Origin: Podospora anserina
Lineage: Eukaryota
DNA length: 64,000 nt
Assembly: GCA_017654855.1 (NCBI GenBank)
Contig: CM030337.1
Location: 124,001 to 188,000, forward strand
Direction: 5' to 3'
In this document: positions 9,924 to 23,129 of the stretch, in pieces
Layout of the letters: each line of letters begins with the position of its first letter
How positions within the stretch are numbered: the first letter of the stretch is position 1
Notes under the pieces: model-generated
Seen by the model: only the letters and a program-made list of their open reading frames with translations
The model's database searches: none
What the model was told of the DNA's origin: nothing
Program-made: the position numbers and the translations under genes

Positions 9924-12103
9924 TCAGATCGTAACTGCACTCCATTGTATCCTGATGGCACTCTCAGAGTTGATATCCACCCTTCTCACTTTCTTCAACT
10001 TCACGGCCACCTCCAGCCCGCCAAAGCCAACCTTCTTGACCACCCTATCTTTGGGCCGCCTGCTGCTCAGGTTGAGATGATCGTCCTCCAGCCCTTGCCC
10101 ATTGGCACCGGTGGCATGGTTAGAGTGCGGAATGGCTGTTGCACTGGCACCTTGCCCGGGATGATGGCAAGCCCCGCAAGCAAACTGTATGTATCTGAGG
10201 GCATTAACCTCGTTCCACTTCCCATTTCTGACCAGAACACCCCACTTTGCCTGAAATTCCACATCATTCAGTGAAATCACATCGCACCAGCCGTTGCCTA
10301 TCACGATGCCAAAGGCGTTGCCGCTCTGATCTGACGTTTGGGAGGCGGGTAGCTCAAAAGCAAACAACCTGACGCTGTAGGGAGGGAGCTCAAAGGGTTG
10401 AAACAGGCTGGCAGAAGTAAATTTGCGGGGGACTTCGTAGTGTCCATGACCAGGGCCAGACCCGACGGCGTGGGAGTGACAAGATGTGATCTTCCAGGTT
10501 GCTTTCGTGCTGTCACCAGGTCGCAAGGCAGGTGGCTTGTCCAATATATACAGATTCTTGGACAAGGAGGAAATGCGGTGGTTGAGGTTGCCGAGGGCGT
10601 CGTCCAGAGAAGCGGTAGAAAGATAGATGGTTTGTCGGGAAAACTGCGCCAGATCGGCCGGATTGTCCAAGAGAACAAAAGCGCTGTCTGGGTCATCGGA
10701 GCCTGTGTAGACGTTGGAGGAAGAGGAGCAGGAGTGCTTGAGCTCTGGGCGGATCACGAGACAAACAGGAAGCAAAGGGTCGTTGATACTGGAGGTGCGT
10801 GAGGTTTTGCAGTTGATGTAAGCGTGGTACTCGCCAGCGTTGGCGGGTGTGGTGCTATTGCGACCGCCCTGAGGCTGGTGAGAGGCTTTTCTTGCAGGTC
10901 GAAGGAGAAGTGTGACACGAAGGCCACGACTCGTAATCAGCGGCGGGGTGTCGTCCATCAAGGCAGCCGAGCTTGGGTTTGACGTTCCGTAGTTGACATT
11001 ACTGTCAGGAATCAACCGGACATAGGTCCACAAGTTCCGATTGTGTTCCTCGAAATCAATCGGCCCATCGGCGAGGGGACGACGGGGATCCCCTTTGACC
11101 CCCTTCCAGTGGTGTTTGTTGCTCAGATACTTGGACAGCCCCCAGGCAAGCATCGTATAGTCTTCGGTCGTCTTCATGATTTCTTTTTGGAGCCGATAGA
11201 AGGCACGGTGGCCCTCTCCGTAGATCAGCGGCATATGAACCTTGAAGATACCGAGCAAGCAATATGCTGCATCTTCAATCCGCGTAGTCTGTCTGTTGGC
11301 AGCCCACGACATGCGCTCTGCAACGTGACACGTTGAGGGATCAGCACCCTCGAGGACCAAGATGGGAATGCCCGTGACTTTGGCGATAATGTTACGCAAC
11401 GAGAATTTTGTGCCAATCTCGTGCCAATCATGATCGTAGAATTCGACCAATGGCGGAGCGATGAGTTCTTGAAGCGTCCAACCCCGGGTGAACCATCTCG
11501 AGTGCTCAAAGGTCCTAGGCAGCTTGTCGTACTCTCTCAGAATGGATGGTATGGTGCGGAAGGCGGCTTTGGGCGGCGGAGACCCAACATCCCGCCTCAA
11601 GCTCGACACTGACGATGTGTCTGAGAAGAGCTGGTGGGAGGTCTCATCGGCCGCAACGTCAGCCATGTAGGCGTAACAGATGTCGCTCTCTGCATACCAC
11701 CTGTACATGGAGTTGATGGCTTCAGACAGCTCGGCACTGCTCGTCTTGTCGATGCTGGCTGGATATCAGACAGTGGGTTTGAGGCATGAATGGAGAGTGA
11801 CATACCAGCAGGTGTCTACCCATACATATTCATACTGGTCCTGAATGGCGCGGGCACAGCATCCTGCAATCTTGGCATATCCGGCCTTCTTGCGGAGTGC
11901 TGTCTTGGACAGCTGTGAGAGGTCTTGGAAAGTCACCTCATCCGGACCCCAGCTAAGACAGTTGAGTTGTATCAGCTCACGGCCATCTCATGACGGTATT
12001 AAAGAAAAAAGGCTCATTCCTACGTGTGCGACAAGATAACATAAGGCGGGACGCGGCCCACAAACTCGACAAGCTCCAAGGTATCTGTCCTCAGAAGCCT
12101 CAT
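9924..12103 (-). CDS. HET-domain (heterokaryon incompatibility, PF06985-type) protein
   Basis: Spliced N-terminus MRLL...PPYVILSHTWG..EVTFQD...GYAKI..CC...YVWVDTCCIDKTSSAELSEAINSMYRWY; also SRWFTRGWTLQELIAP and RMSWAANRQTTRIED. Introns 11953-12023 and about 11755-11805. Confidence 0.92.
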
Positions 12104-12475
12104 TGTTCATCCAGACGATGAAAACCGCCGTGGCGGGACCGGTGGAGCTATCGGGCAACGGAGTCGGGCGGGATGAACGAACAAACGGTGGGGGGAAGTG
12201 AAGGCAAGGTACAGGTAAGCACTGCACCCACTTCTGTTCACCGCCGACTCACATGGTTGGAAACCGCCGAGGGCCGATTGGTTGCATGGTCTAGTTCATG
12301 CTGATAATGTTACTTACCTACACAGCTAGGCAGCATATTGAACACCTGGTCTACTGTCCAAAGAATAGCTTGGTTGCTTGGTTGCTTGGTTGTTTGGTTG
12401 AAGCATTTTGCTAACAGCAGCTGCGAAAAGCTGTGGCAAGAGGTGGGCTGAAAGAAAAAAAAAAGCAAAGTTGAT

Positions 12476-12546
12476 TGCATCAGCCGTGAATCGAACACGG
12501 GGCCCATCGATGGCAACGATGGATTTTACCACTAAACCACTGATGC
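12476..12546 (-). tRNA. tRNA-Gly (GCC)
   Basis: Reverse complement GCATCAG-TGGTTTAGTGGTAAAA-TCCATCGTT-GCC-ATCGATGG-GCC-CCGTGTTCGATTCACGG-CTGATGC-A folds as a cloverleaf; a T-run Pol III terminator lies just downstream (A-run near 12455-12464 on +). Confidence 0.97.
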
Positions 12547-13018
12547 TCTTACGTAAGATGCTCTAGGTTTCAAAAATTTAACTCTTATTCTACTATTATC
12601 CCACCGTCATGAATGTGGATTTCGTGTCCGGTTCCTCTGTACGTGCTTGTTGCTCATCCATCCTCTACAAAGAGGGTTTCCACTCTTTGTTTAGGTATAA
12701 CCGAGTACCGATAGATTGGGCATCACTATTTACCTATGTACCACTGCCTTACCGAGCACGGCCCGGATCGGCACGAAACATGGCTTTCAGGGCACACGTC
12801 GACTTGTGACGTCATGGTCAAACATGCCAGCCCTGAGCCGCCCATGGGTTTCCATGTTTTTGTCCCTTCCAAAATGGGACGAACTGGAACTGCAGGACAT
12901 ATGAGGGTGACACCGACAGGATTCAGGAACATGCAACTCTAATAATAAACAACACCATCTCTACCCTCCCCCAAGGTAGGATTGCTTTCGCCTTGCGAAC
13001 CTCGAACGAACCCTCGAG

Positions 13019-15228
13019 ATGCAACCTGACAGGCCCTCCCCCTCCACCACCAACGTCGCCCATGTCAACAGTTACTTCAACGGCGCCAGCCCGGCTCCAG
13101 AAGCCCAACAGTCGACACAGGACTCTGGTGCTACCCCTCTGACCCCAATTACAGAGCAACCCCCTCAACATGTCACCCCGGCCAGACCCCCATCGGCACC
13201 GGCACGAAGCGTTGCCTTCCGACCTCTTGACCGTCAGCAATCAGCCATCCAACTCCGTCGTCTGCGACCGTCCGCCCTGGGATCCAGACTTACACCGACC
13301 ATGACCCACGAGCCCCATACGCAAGCACACGATTGGGAAGATGACCATGCAACGGATGTGGGCAGGAGTGGTGGTCGACGACTGTCAAGCTCCGAACCCC
13401 AGAGACCATCCATGCCGAGGGCCATCGAAACAGTTCCCCCGTTATCATCGGTACCCGAGAGCCCCTCCCAGAGCAATGCGCAGCAGGATGGGCTACCACA
13501 TACAGGGCGGTTGCACCGGGCCCTCGGTAGACGAAGACAGACTGTGCTGAATCCGCACCAAGTATCTGGCGGCTCAGGCGACGATGTGTATGAGTCGAGG
13601 GTTGTCGACTTTCTCGATGTCATTGGTGAGCTTCTCCCCCTCTCTGGCTGACCTCTCTAAGAAACATAATCTGATAGTTCAAACACAAAGACCCCGAGGT
13701 GGCGACTCTATCATCCATAACCAACATTCAAAACTCGCTCTTCTTGCCTTCACTGGGAAAGTGGGTGAACCGACGGCCGACATATGACCTCCCCCAACTA
13801 CCGCCAATGCCTGGTGCCTTCCCGCCTTCCAAGGAAAGTATAGCCTCTGCTGCTGCCGCTGTCCAGGGAGAACAACAAGGAGAACACGCAGGGCCTCGCT
13901 CACCAAGCCTCTCATCTGTCCTGACCTCGGAACCCCAATACGCAATTCTGCCCAACGATGCTTCGCTTCAGGGATGGAGGGAGGAGGACGTCAAGTTGCT
14001 GAACGACTATGTCAGGCACATGCTGCATTCTCGACGATCAAAGATCAAACAGAGGTTCAAGGCATTTGGAAAGTATGTTAGGCGGCCGTTGGGGTTCCTG
14101 ATCACACTCTACGCCACTCTCATCACACTGTTTGGGCTTGCCTGGGTTCTCTTTTTGATCGGATGGGTGTACGTTGGGGACTCGGAAAAGCAGTTGTATG
14201 CGATTGATGTGAGTTGCGATGCCGCCTTGCACATCTGGCTGATTGGAGCGATTCTCTAACAGACACCTTAGATTATCGACTATGTCCTCGTGGCCCTTTT
14301 CGCAATCGTTGGAGATGGTATGGCACCCTTCCGAGCCAAGGACACGTATCACATGTTTTTCGTTGCCAGATATCACCGAAAAACATGGAGGCGCCGCGAA
14401 AGATTGGCGTTGCCCGAGCTCAAGGATCACAACGATTTGCCCATTGCGGAAGAACACCGCATTGCAGATGATGATCTCGAAGCACAACAAACGCAACAGC
14501 GATCAAGCTCGACAGAAAAAATTACAAGAAAAGACAAGGACGAGTTCGTCCCAGTCTTGTCAGAAAAGCAGCAAGCACGCCTGATTCATCACCAGTCAAA
14601 GCTCGCCAAGTCACACACGTTTTTCAAACCTCACGAGACAGAAACCCACCACGCATTTCCTTTGCGACTGCTTATTGCCATCGTTCTGTTGCTGGATTTG
14701 CATTCTTTGTTACAGATTTCTCTAGGCGCCGTAACCTTTGGCATTCCTTCCCACCGGAGACCTGTGGCGGCCACGACGACCATTCTATGCTGTTCCATCG
14801 TCACAAATATCACGGCCGGGCTCTTGATTACCATTGGTGACCGCAGGACGAGGAAGAAGGATGTCTTGGAGAGGTTAATGAGGCAGGAGATGACGGGCGA
14901 GGTGATCAAGAAGATCGAGAAGAAGAAGGAAAAGGAGAGAAAACAGGAAGAGGAGCTGAAGCATGAACAAGAAACAGGAGAAAAACCCAGGAAAAGTCTG
15001 AGTTTAGCGTTGCCATGGAAAGACACTTCCGGGGACGAGGGAACGCAGACGGGCCACGAGAAAGAAAAACGAGCTAGGTCTCTGTCGGTTCCTCGAACCA
15101 AGAGGAAGAAAGAAAAAGAAGAAGTGGGGAGATTTAGCTCCGAAGTCGAAAGCACCCAGGGTGGAGGGAGCAAAGGCGCACAGGATACTGAAAGACTCAA
15201 AATGCCAGGGGCATTTGAAGAAGACTAA
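13019..15228 (+). CDS. Conserved fungal integral membrane protein (DUF2985-like)
   Basis: Three ORFs joined by introns 13626-13690 and 14209-14271; TM blocks GFLITLYATLITLFGLAWVLFLIGW, VLVALFAIVGDGMAPFR and LLIAIVLLLDLHSLLQI. Confidence 0.8.
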
Positions 15229-16086
15229 AGTCGGCTATCTTGGTTTCTCATCGGGGGGCGTTGGATAGTTACTTGGAACATGGCAAGGATGAGGTTGCAC
15301 ATGCAGAATTCGTACATGATACCCAGACAGGATAATGATAATGAGAGGTACAGCGTTCAATTTGAACTTTGGACCCCAGCGTGCCTAGGAGTGCATCATC
15401 TATCGGGGGAAGCTGCGTTGTCGCATTGCTAAATTTGGCATTTTTGATGTTGATCATGCCGAGAGACTGGCCTAACACCTTGGCATATTCTCTCCCCCGT
15501 CAACAAAGCTTCTCATTAGACTACAGTGCCACAAAGATAGGCACAGAACGGCATCCTTCCCAACGATAAGCAAGTGAGAAAAGGTGACGGCCTAGGGTCG
15601 CATCAGTATGCGGCTGTTGCAAAGCAGCCCTCCCACCAGACCTGGAATCTTTGCTCAGAATGGGGGCTGAGGCCAAGACGCCGATCGGACGGCCGTAAAA
15701 GACAGGCCGGGAAGGTGGCGATTATATCCTACCTACAAACGGCAGGACCAGATAGACGCGGGAGCATGGTCGGCTATTGCCCCGTCTTACTGGCCTTGAG
15801 GTGTGGACGGGTTACACGAGCAGGGCGATGATCAATCTCTAAATGACCTGCCTGTATTGTATCTAGGGTAGGCAGTTCAACGGCCGGAACCGCGGGGCCG
15901 CTGATTGTCGCCCCGATAGTAGGAGATAGATCGAAGACGATAAAAGGCAGCAGATATCCCATCATCGCTCAACTCAACTCTGCTGCTGGCACGCCGGCAG
16001 CACCCAGCACCGAGCACTTCCCGTCTTCCCTCTTCACCAAAGCAAAAACCTCGTTTTGGTTTCCAGCATCAACTCGTCGGGTCAAA

Positions 16087-16991
16087 ATGAAAGGCTCAAC
16101 CATCCCCTTGCTTTTTGCCGGAGTGACGTTGACAGCAGCGTATCCCATCACCGGCGACGTTGTCAACTGTCGTTCCGGGCCGGGCACCAGCTACTCGGTC
16201 GTGAAACAATACACGCAGGGCCAAGATGTCACGATTACCTGCCAGACCGAAGGTACCAACGTCAACGGCGTCACCATCTGGGACAAGACAGCAGATGGCA
16301 ACTGCTATGTGTCAGATTACTATGTGCAAACGGGGGTCAATGGTTATGTAACAGAGAGATGCAGCGGGGCTTGCACAGCTCCAAAGTCCAACCAGGCAAC
16401 GGTGGATCTCATTGCCGAATTTGAAGGCTTTGAGCCCAATGTTTGTATGTCTTCTTGGTTTGACTTGGCTGTTATCTTCAAGCATTCTGACATGAGAGGA
16501 CAGACATCGATCCTACTGGAAATCCAACCGTCGGCTATGGCCACCTCTGTCAGCAAGCTGGCTGCGCTGAGGTGCCGTATCCAATCCCGCTCTCCCAGGC
16601 TGATGGCAAGAGGCTCTTGGCGAGCGACATGGCGGTATGTTTTTGTCCTTGATATCCCGGCCATCGCTTGTCACAGAGCCCCTAACTCAAACAATTGCAG
16701 CGTTTCGAGCAATGCATCACAGCCATGATTACAGGAGCCACACTCAACCTGAACCAGTACGGCGCCCTCATTAGCTGGTCCTTCAACATGGGCTGTGGCG
16801 CTGCCCAAACATCGACTCTGGTGGCAAGGCTCAACAAGGGCGAAAATGTCAACACTGTTCTGGCACAAGAGTTGCCAAGATGGGTGTATGGGGGCGGAGT
16901 GGTGCTTCCTGGGCTCGTGAGAAGGCGAAATGCAGAAGTCGCGCTTGCACAGACGGCAGGGAGTGGACCAGCGTTGCCAGTGCAGTGTTAG
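16087..16991 (+). CDS. Secreted GH24 muramidase (phage-lysozyme family) with N-terminal SH3-like domain
   Basis: Signal peptide; SH3-like VNCRSGPGTSY...CYVSDYYV; catalytic region LIAEFEGF..YIDPTGNPTVGYGH; ALISWSFNMG and PGLVRRRNAE. Introns about 16446-16503 and 16634-16700. Confidence 0.92.
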
Positions 16992-17131
16992 ATATCTGTT
17001 TTGGGTACACGTAATGGGAAGAAATAAACGAACTGGTGGTAGATTTGTCAAGTGTCTATTTATCTACCCATGTACTACATTACAACAGCCATACATCTTA
17101 ACCTTGACCATGGAAGCTGTCACAGACCCTC

Positions 17132-19077
17132 TTAAAAGTGAGGGGTATTCAAGAACAAGCCCATCAGGACACCACCGATAGTGCCGGCGATAGGAATTGT
17201 CGCAATCCAGGAGAGCATCAGCAAGCCGACCCGCTGAAAGTTCACGGCCTTGAGGGTACCATTGCAGAGCCCGACTCCGACGGTGGCACCAGTGATGCAC
17301 ATTGACGTTGATACAGGAAGCGAGTACTGGCTGAACACGAGTACTGTGATGGCGGCTCCCATCTCCATGGAGCAGCCCCTGCTTGGGGAGTGATATGTGA
17401 TCTTGTTGCCCATGACTATGACAGCACATGTCAGCAACCAGAAACCTCACCCCTGACCGGGAGAAGAAGAAAAGAAAAAGACTGAGCACTTACCCTTCAT
17501 GATATTGTAGCCATATGTCAACAAGCCCACAGAGATGGTTGCTGACAAGACAGCCAGCTGCCAAATTGGCACCTCGGCTTTGCTGGCAGCGGCACTCCCA
17601 GTCGACCAGGCAGAGTAGATAACAGCCCAGGGGCCAACCGAGTTTCCAATGTCGTTGGCGCCATGAGCAAATGAAGCCGTGCAAGCCGTCAGAATCTGGA
17701 CAAAGCTATATGTGTGCTCAACCTCGTTCGGATACTTCTTGGCCTCGGCGTACACTCTGGCCATCCGTTCACCCTCGGGCGTGCCTGCGATGCCCGACTG
17801 AGCGGCGTGGATGTCGTAGTGAAGACCATACAATAGACCACAGACAACCATGGCCGGCAAGCGTTTCAGGAACATGCGGATGTTGTAAATCTCGTATATC
17901 CGGCCTGGTCCCATCGGGTTGTCGCGGAGGGTGCGCATGGCCCAGCCCATGGGACCCCTCTTCTTGAGCAACTTGGCGTGTAGCTTCCGCTCCCCTTGGG
18001 CTTGGATCTCTTTGTACGTCAACTGAACTGGGGCTTCCCCGAGCTCCGGGTCCTGATCCAGCTTCTTCTCCGGGTTGCTTCCGCTCTCCGTTGGGGTAGG
18101 TGAGGACTTGGAGGGAAGGGCCTGGGGCTGTTCCTCATCGCCCGAGTCCTCCTGGACAACGGCGTAATTTGGAACGTTGGCTCTGTCCATGACGGCAACT
18201 TCTGGTCTCTTGAACAGCAAAGGCCCGTAGATGAACATCCACCACTTGACTCCATGATCCTTCTTGATCACCTTGGCATCAACAAACGGCACAAAGAAAA
18301 TGGCCGCCAGTATCCCAACGCCGGTACCTGTACCCATGGTAACGGCCGCGACGTACCAGCCGGGTTTCTTGTTCAAGCCCAGATTCGGGGATCCCTTGTA
18401 GACAATGGACAGCGTGCAAACGGTGCCGGCAATCAGGAAGAAAAAGGGAGACGAGTACACAGCCCATGGAACGGGGTTCTTTCTCAGGTGCACTACCAGC
18501 TTGATGAGCATGAAAATGGTGGCCCCAAAGGCGGCTGAGATGGCGGGTGCCATGACGAGCCCAGAGAAGATGGCACCCAGGCCCTTGCCGTCGTTCCAGC
18601 CCCATTGCACCTGTTTTGCGCCGACTGTCGCAACGCCCACACCTGTTGACAGGCCTGTTAGCATGACCGGTTCGTGCTCACTCTGTGGGAAAAGTCTGCA
18701 AACTAACCGGCAACCGCGGAGACCAAAGAGTATGTCGAGGAGACATGAGCCGAGTGTCGGGTGCACCACATGACCCAGGTCGACGCACCAGCCAGGGCGC
18801 AGGTAAAGGCGAGCATCTGCACGCCGGCATTGTCTTGGAAGGCAGCGTGGGGGATAATGCCGTTCTTGATGGTCTCGGCCGTGCGGGCGCCGACGGTGAT
18901 GGCGCCCAACATCTCGAAAATGGTGCCAAAGATCATGGCCTGTCGATAGGAAATCGAACGGGAACTAACGGACGTGGCCCAGGCATTTGCCACGTCGTTG
19001 GCGCCGTTGTTGAAGGCATCCAACAGGGCAAAGAAGGTGCCAATGACAAAAACATAGGTAAACTGGTCGAGTGCCAT
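17132..19077 (-). CDS. pho89: Na+/phosphate symporter, PiT family (Pho89/PHO-4-like)
   Basis: Two PiT signatures GANDVANA and HGANDIGN; LPVSTSMCITGA; introns near 18645-18708 and 17420-17494. Confidence 0.93.
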
Positions 19078-19314
19078 GTTGGCTGTTGGTTGTTGAGAGT
19101 GCTTGAACTATCTGGCGAAGGTCTGTCGGAGTTCATGGTCGGCAACTCTGCCTTTTGCCTCTTCCATTTTAAGGTGATCAGTGTCCATTCGGCTGGCTTG
19201 TCCTCATCTGTTTACCGAAGCTGAACGCCATGAGGTGGTGACAGAACGAGGGCATTTTCAGTTCTGTCGTTCTTCTATGCATCTTGCTCGTCCAGTCAGC
19301 GTATTTCATATGCC

Positions 19315-19320
19315 CACGTG
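19315..19320. promoter_or_regulatory. CACGTG E-box, candidate NUC-1/Pho4 site
   Basis: About 240 bp upstream of the phosphate symporter ATG; matches the known PHO-regulon bHLH site. Confidence 0.55.
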
Positions 19321-20025
19321 AAGACGGGAAATGCTAGGAGTGGCCCGCAAAATGCTGGCTAAACCCACTTCAGAGGTTGTGTTACACGCGAGGTAGCAGA
19401 AGAAAGATGCAGGGTCTCTGGTATGTGGCCAATGAAGCGGGGGGAGCCAGCTAGGGGCTGAAGATCGGCGCCGGTCTCCGATGGATGACCGGAAGAAACT
19501 GAGGGTTGAGGAAAGAAACAACGCAGGTCATGACGCTTCTCAAGAGGCGTGCCACTCGAATGGTGGTGGAAAAGGAAGACGCATGCCCAGCTGGAACCCT
19601 TCCATTCGCTCGGGACCTTGGCTAAGGCTTGTTTAGGTCAAGCATTCTTAGCGCCAAGGCAGGGCAGGGGCCGAGGGGCTAGACCACGTTCCATGCAAAA
19701 TTCCTAAAGACTTCTACTCTGCCTCTGTCTCCTTGACTAAAATCCCAAACTGACTCGTGTTCGGGGGCTGGCTCGCACTTTTCGCACCTGCGCCGCTTTC
19801 ACACCTGTGGTGCTGCACTCTTCCCGCCGTTGAACCGTTGTTGGTGATGCTGTCGGTCAGACTGAGTCATCGCCGAAGGACTTGTGCCTCTGGATCAATC
19901 TCGACAGCCTCTGCGGAAGTCTGTCTGTGTTTTGATAACATGGAATCAATGTCCAACCGCAAGTCCAAAGTCCCTGGCAATGAATGTTCTTAGTACCTAG
20001 GTGGTCTCAATTTCCGTCATTCACA

Positions 20026-21105
20026 ATGAAGCTACGCCATCTCGGTCTTGTTTGCGCTTGCGTCCGCCTTATCTCTGGCCACCGCCTCGAGAAACCAGCA
20101 CCTCTACCACTCGCCACGCGGATTGTTACCCAGTTTCCCAATCCGACATGGATAGAAAACATCGCTGTCCGGTCGAATGGTGACCTCCTCATTACCGAGC
20201 TCCTTCCGAAACCCATTCTCTACACCATCGTAAATCCTGCCAGCTCAGCTCCACAGGTCCGCCTACTCCGTGACTTTTCTGCCGAAGAACCCCCTGTAGA
20301 AGGCTTGACAGGCATCGCCGAAGTATCGCATGACGTGTTCGTCTTTGTCGGTGGCAACACGACAAATCTTTCATTCCATGCTTGGAGCGTCAACTTCACT
20401 TCCGCAGCCCACAATCCCTCAACAACTACCGGTCCTATTATCAAGAAGATTGCCGAGCTCAAAGATGTCAAGCTTCCTAACGGCGTTGCCACCCTTCCCG
20501 GCTCCCCGTCTTCCGTGTTGATTGCAGACTCTTTGGCCGGTCTGGCGTGGCGCCTGGACATTCTGACAGGAAAGTCCATCGTCGCTGCACAGATTCTCGA
20601 GATGGGGGCTCCCTCAAACGAGACGGACCCCAGCAAGAGAGTTGGCATCAACGGCATCAAAGTGCATGGTGGATTTCTGTACTTCAGCAACAGCAACTCA
20701 AGATCCATCTACAGGGTCAAGATCAGGAAAGACGGCACACGAGACCCCAGCGCCCATGCGCAGCTAGTTGGCCGCTTACCGGAGAACGTGTCGTTCCTGG
20801 ATGATTTTGCAGTTACCAGTCATGGTGGAAAAGGGGCAACTGTATTTGGGACAACCTCTTCTGATAATCGGCTGTGGGCATTTGTGCAGGGGAAGAGTCC
20901 GGTGGTTGTTGCCGGTGAACTGGACAAGTTGACATTGGCGGGCTCGACAGCAGCCTCGTTCGGGAGAGGGAAACGTGATAGGGACATCCTGTATGTAGTC
21001 ACATCGGGAGGGGTGGGGAAGCCATTGAATGGAAGTCTGACAGAAGGGGGAAAGGTCGCGGCGGTAGACTTGAGGACCTTTTGTCCATCCATTATGATCG
21101 GGTAG
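20026..21105 (+). CDS. Secreted six-bladed beta-propeller protein (SMP-30/gluconolactonase-like fold)
   Basis: Signal peptide MKLRHLGLVCACVRLISG; motifs WIENIAVRSNG, LPNG, LIADS, GINGIK, YFSNS, DDF; intronless. Confidence 0.85.
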   Translation: MKLRHLGLVCACVRLISGHRLEKPAPLPLATRIVTQFPNPTWIENIAVRSNGDLLITELLPKPILYTIVNPASSAPQVRLLRDFSAEEPPVEGLTGIAEVSHDVFVFVGGNTTNLSFHAWSVNFTSAAHNPSTTTGPIIKKIAELKDVKLPNGVATLPGSPSSVLIADSLAGLAWRLDILTGKSIVAAQILEMGAPSNETDPSKRVGINGIKVHGGFLYFSNSNSRSIYRVKIRKDGTRDPSAHAQLVGRLPENVSFLDDFAVTSHGGKGATVFGTTSSDNRLWAFVQGKSPVVVAGELDKLTLAGSTAASFGRGKRDRDILYVVTSGGVGKPLNGSLTEGGKVAAVDLRTFCPSIMIG

Positions 21106-21393
21106 AGTAACCAGCAGCACCACTGCTCAGCGGCTTTGTGGGTTGATGCATCTGCCATTGTTGGAGACGTCAAAGAGGCCACTGCTTGAATAGGTAGACT
21201 GCCTACCAGCTTGCAAGAACTTATCACCAAGCATAAAATGAACCAGATTAGGACTCAACAGCAGTATGGCTGCTCTTCATTAGGTACTCCAGAACGCTAG
21301 GGGTATAAAATTTTAAAACTAATCACAATCAAAACCAGAAAACCCAAACCAGTCATTACTCAAACCCGTCTCTTCCGCCGGCTTCCCCCCTCA

Positions 21394-23129
21394 TCATTGC
21401 GTTTTGTCTATGGGTCTCTTGACAAACACGCTGCGCTCCCACCCGTCGATTTCATCATACAGCGTCACTCTGTCGAGCTCATAGCCGCCAATTTTGGGCA
21501 AAATCTTGGCCCAGATGACCCAGTACACCCCACCAGCGAAAATGATGCCAAAACCGACAACACAGTGAAGCCAGTATGGCAACTCGTCGTAAATGTTCTG
21601 ACCATCCTCGGGGGGTACAAATGGCGCAATGACAAGGTAAATGTTGCTGAGGAAAAAGAAGATGACAACGGGCAGGGTGGCCGAGATGGGAGGGTTCCAG
21701 TTCCACGCCTTCCGGTTGAGGTAGAGGTAGATCAGGCCAAGAGCGACAAAAGTGTTGATGATGGCCAAGGGGTACGAGATGAGGTTGAGAATGAAGTTGT
21801 AGGCATCGCCGGGAGGAGGGGCAAGCATGATGATGACCGAGACGGCCCAGTGCTCAAACAGACCCGCGGTGGGGGCGTTGAAAGGTCTGTTGCTGGCCCA
21901 GAAGCGGGAGTAGGGAAGGATACCCTCACGGCCGAGCTCCTGAACCAGACGCCCCTGAGAAAAGATGACAGACAGAACGTTGCCAAAGGCAGACAAGGCA
22001 ACAAAGACGGAAAGGGCGCGCTCGGCAGTGCCACCAAAAACATTTCTGAAGAGCGAAGCAGCCACCAGGCGCTGGGCAGCGAGAATCTCGTCCTTGGGGA
22101 CGGCGGCGAAGTAGGCAATGTTGACAAACATGTAGAGGACTGAGATGACGCCGATGGCCAGAGGAGCGGCGATCTTGAGGGTGCGGACTGGGTTCTTGGT
22201 CTCGGAGAGGGCGTAGTTGGCGTTGCTGTAGCCGATGTAACTCCAGATGACATTGTAGAGGGCCGTCACAACACCATAGGCAGATCCAGTGGTGCCCTCA
22301 AACGCATCCGTGAAGTTGTGAGGCTTCTCGTCTTCGGGAAGCTTGACATGGCCGGCGAGAGCGACCCAGCCTGCAACGACGATGATGAGGATGATGATGA
22401 CCTTGATGGTGCCGAGGAGGTTTTGCAGGCGGATCCCCCACTTGACGCTGGTGGCGTGGATCAGGAAGGCGGTGGTGATGCAAGCCAACCCGATGCCGCG
22501 CTGATTCCACCGATCGACTTCGACGCCGGCAGCATGGAGAATGTATTCGCTGAGAAGGAGAAGATTAGTCAGTTTCAAGTGCTCACATCACATCTTGCCA
22601 GGCGGGAGAGGTGGACATACCCAAAGACGACCGAGTTACCGCTGGCCCAACCAAGGAGAACAACGTAGCCAGTGTAGAGGCCAGTGGTGAGGAACTTTGG
22701 CTTGCGGAAAACGTATTCGAGGTAGTTCTTCTCGCCTCCGTTCTTGGGGATGGCAGTGCCGAACTCGAGATAGACAGCTGTGCCGGCAAGGGCAATCAGC
22801 ATGCCGGCAACCCAGATGAACAACGACAGACCGACACTGCCGGAAAGCTTCAAGATGGAGCCGGGCGTGGCAAAGATGCCAGTGCCGATAACCCGGTTGA
22901 CGATCAGAAAGACTGCAGAGACGATGCCAATCTGGCGTTTGGCTTCGCTGGCGCGCTGCAGTTGACCTGGACCACATGTGTTTGTTAGCTGCGTCGAACA
23001 GGATCAAAGAGAAGAGACAAATATCATGTACATACCCACTTCGCTGCCCCCTTCGGAGTTGGCGAGAGTGCCCGGCTCCTTGAAGTCATGGCTATCACCC
23101 TCGGGGGCGGATCCCGTGAACTTGGACAT
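21394..23129 (-). CDS. MUP1: High-affinity methionine permease (APC/LAT family)
   Basis: RQIGIVSAVFLIVNRVIGTGIFATP, EFGTAIPKNGGEKNYLE, SYIGYSNANYALSE, QELGREGILP; introns near 22965-23036 and 22552-22620. Confidence 0.9.
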
